A DNA stretch of 48,345 nt from contig NC_057718.1 in the NCBI RefSeq assembly GCF_004010195.1, positions 33,553,968 to 33,602,312 of the forward strand, given 5' to 3'. Below are positions 48,192 through 48,345 of the stretch, in pieces; position 1 is the first letter of the stretch, and each line of letters opens with the position of its first letter. Source of the stretch: Chiloscyllium plagiosum (taxonomy: Eukaryota). Under the pieces are notes generated by a model. That model was not told the DNA's origin. It saw only the letters and a program-made list of their open reading frames with translations, and made no database searches. The position numbers were made by a program, and so were the translations under genes.

Positions 48192-48345
48192 GGTAAAAAC
48201 AATGACTGCAGATGCTGGAAACCAGATTCTGGATCAGTGGTGCTGGAAGAGCACAGCAGTTCAGGCAGCATCCGAGGAGCAGCGAAATCGACGTTTCGGG
48301 CAAAAGCCCTTCATCAGGAATAAAGGCAGAGAGCCTGAAGCATGG
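48192..48345 (-). mobile_element. 3' terminus of a young Penelope element (same family as 24910-26170), running off the window
   Basis: Closely matches 24910-25060 with CpGs retained. Confidence 0.92.
48287..48322 (-). ncRNA. Minimal type-I hammerhead ribozyme motif, intact core
   Basis: Minus strand attc-CTGATGA-a-gggc-tttt-gccc-GAAA-cGTC-gat: both conserved boxes, 4-bp stem II, palindromic ACGT stem III, GUC site. Confidence 0.75.

Overview
Eukaryotic, repeat-rich genomic DNA from a cartilaginous fish. HE1/V-SINEs, CR1/HER1 LINEs and Neptune-type Penelope elements point to an elasmobranch. Three assembly gaps lie inside repeats. The whole window appears to lie within one minus-strand gene, PLEKHH2. 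Eight consecutive coding exons (18120 down to 735) were reconstructed with GT-AG sites and a consistent reading frame; they encode the N-terminal coiled coil and the Ser/Pro-rich region. The canonical first coding exon was not found, and the PH/MyTH4/FERM exons lie beyond the left edge. Introns hold nested CR1, L2, SINE, Penelope, Tigger-like and LTR-like remnants. The most notable signal is at least three sequence families of Penelope-derived, often palindromic non-autonomous elements carrying minimal type-I hammerhead ribozyme cores; one copy at 48287-48322 has an intact core and is sense to the host pre-mRNA. Also notable are several local template-switch rearrangements (a 115-bp near-perfect inverted duplication, a fold-back SINE, a 43-bp templated LINE 5' junction), a non-coding element with an ETS+YY1 head, and a candidate alternative first exon. 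Family assignments rest on recalled motifs, not on database searches.
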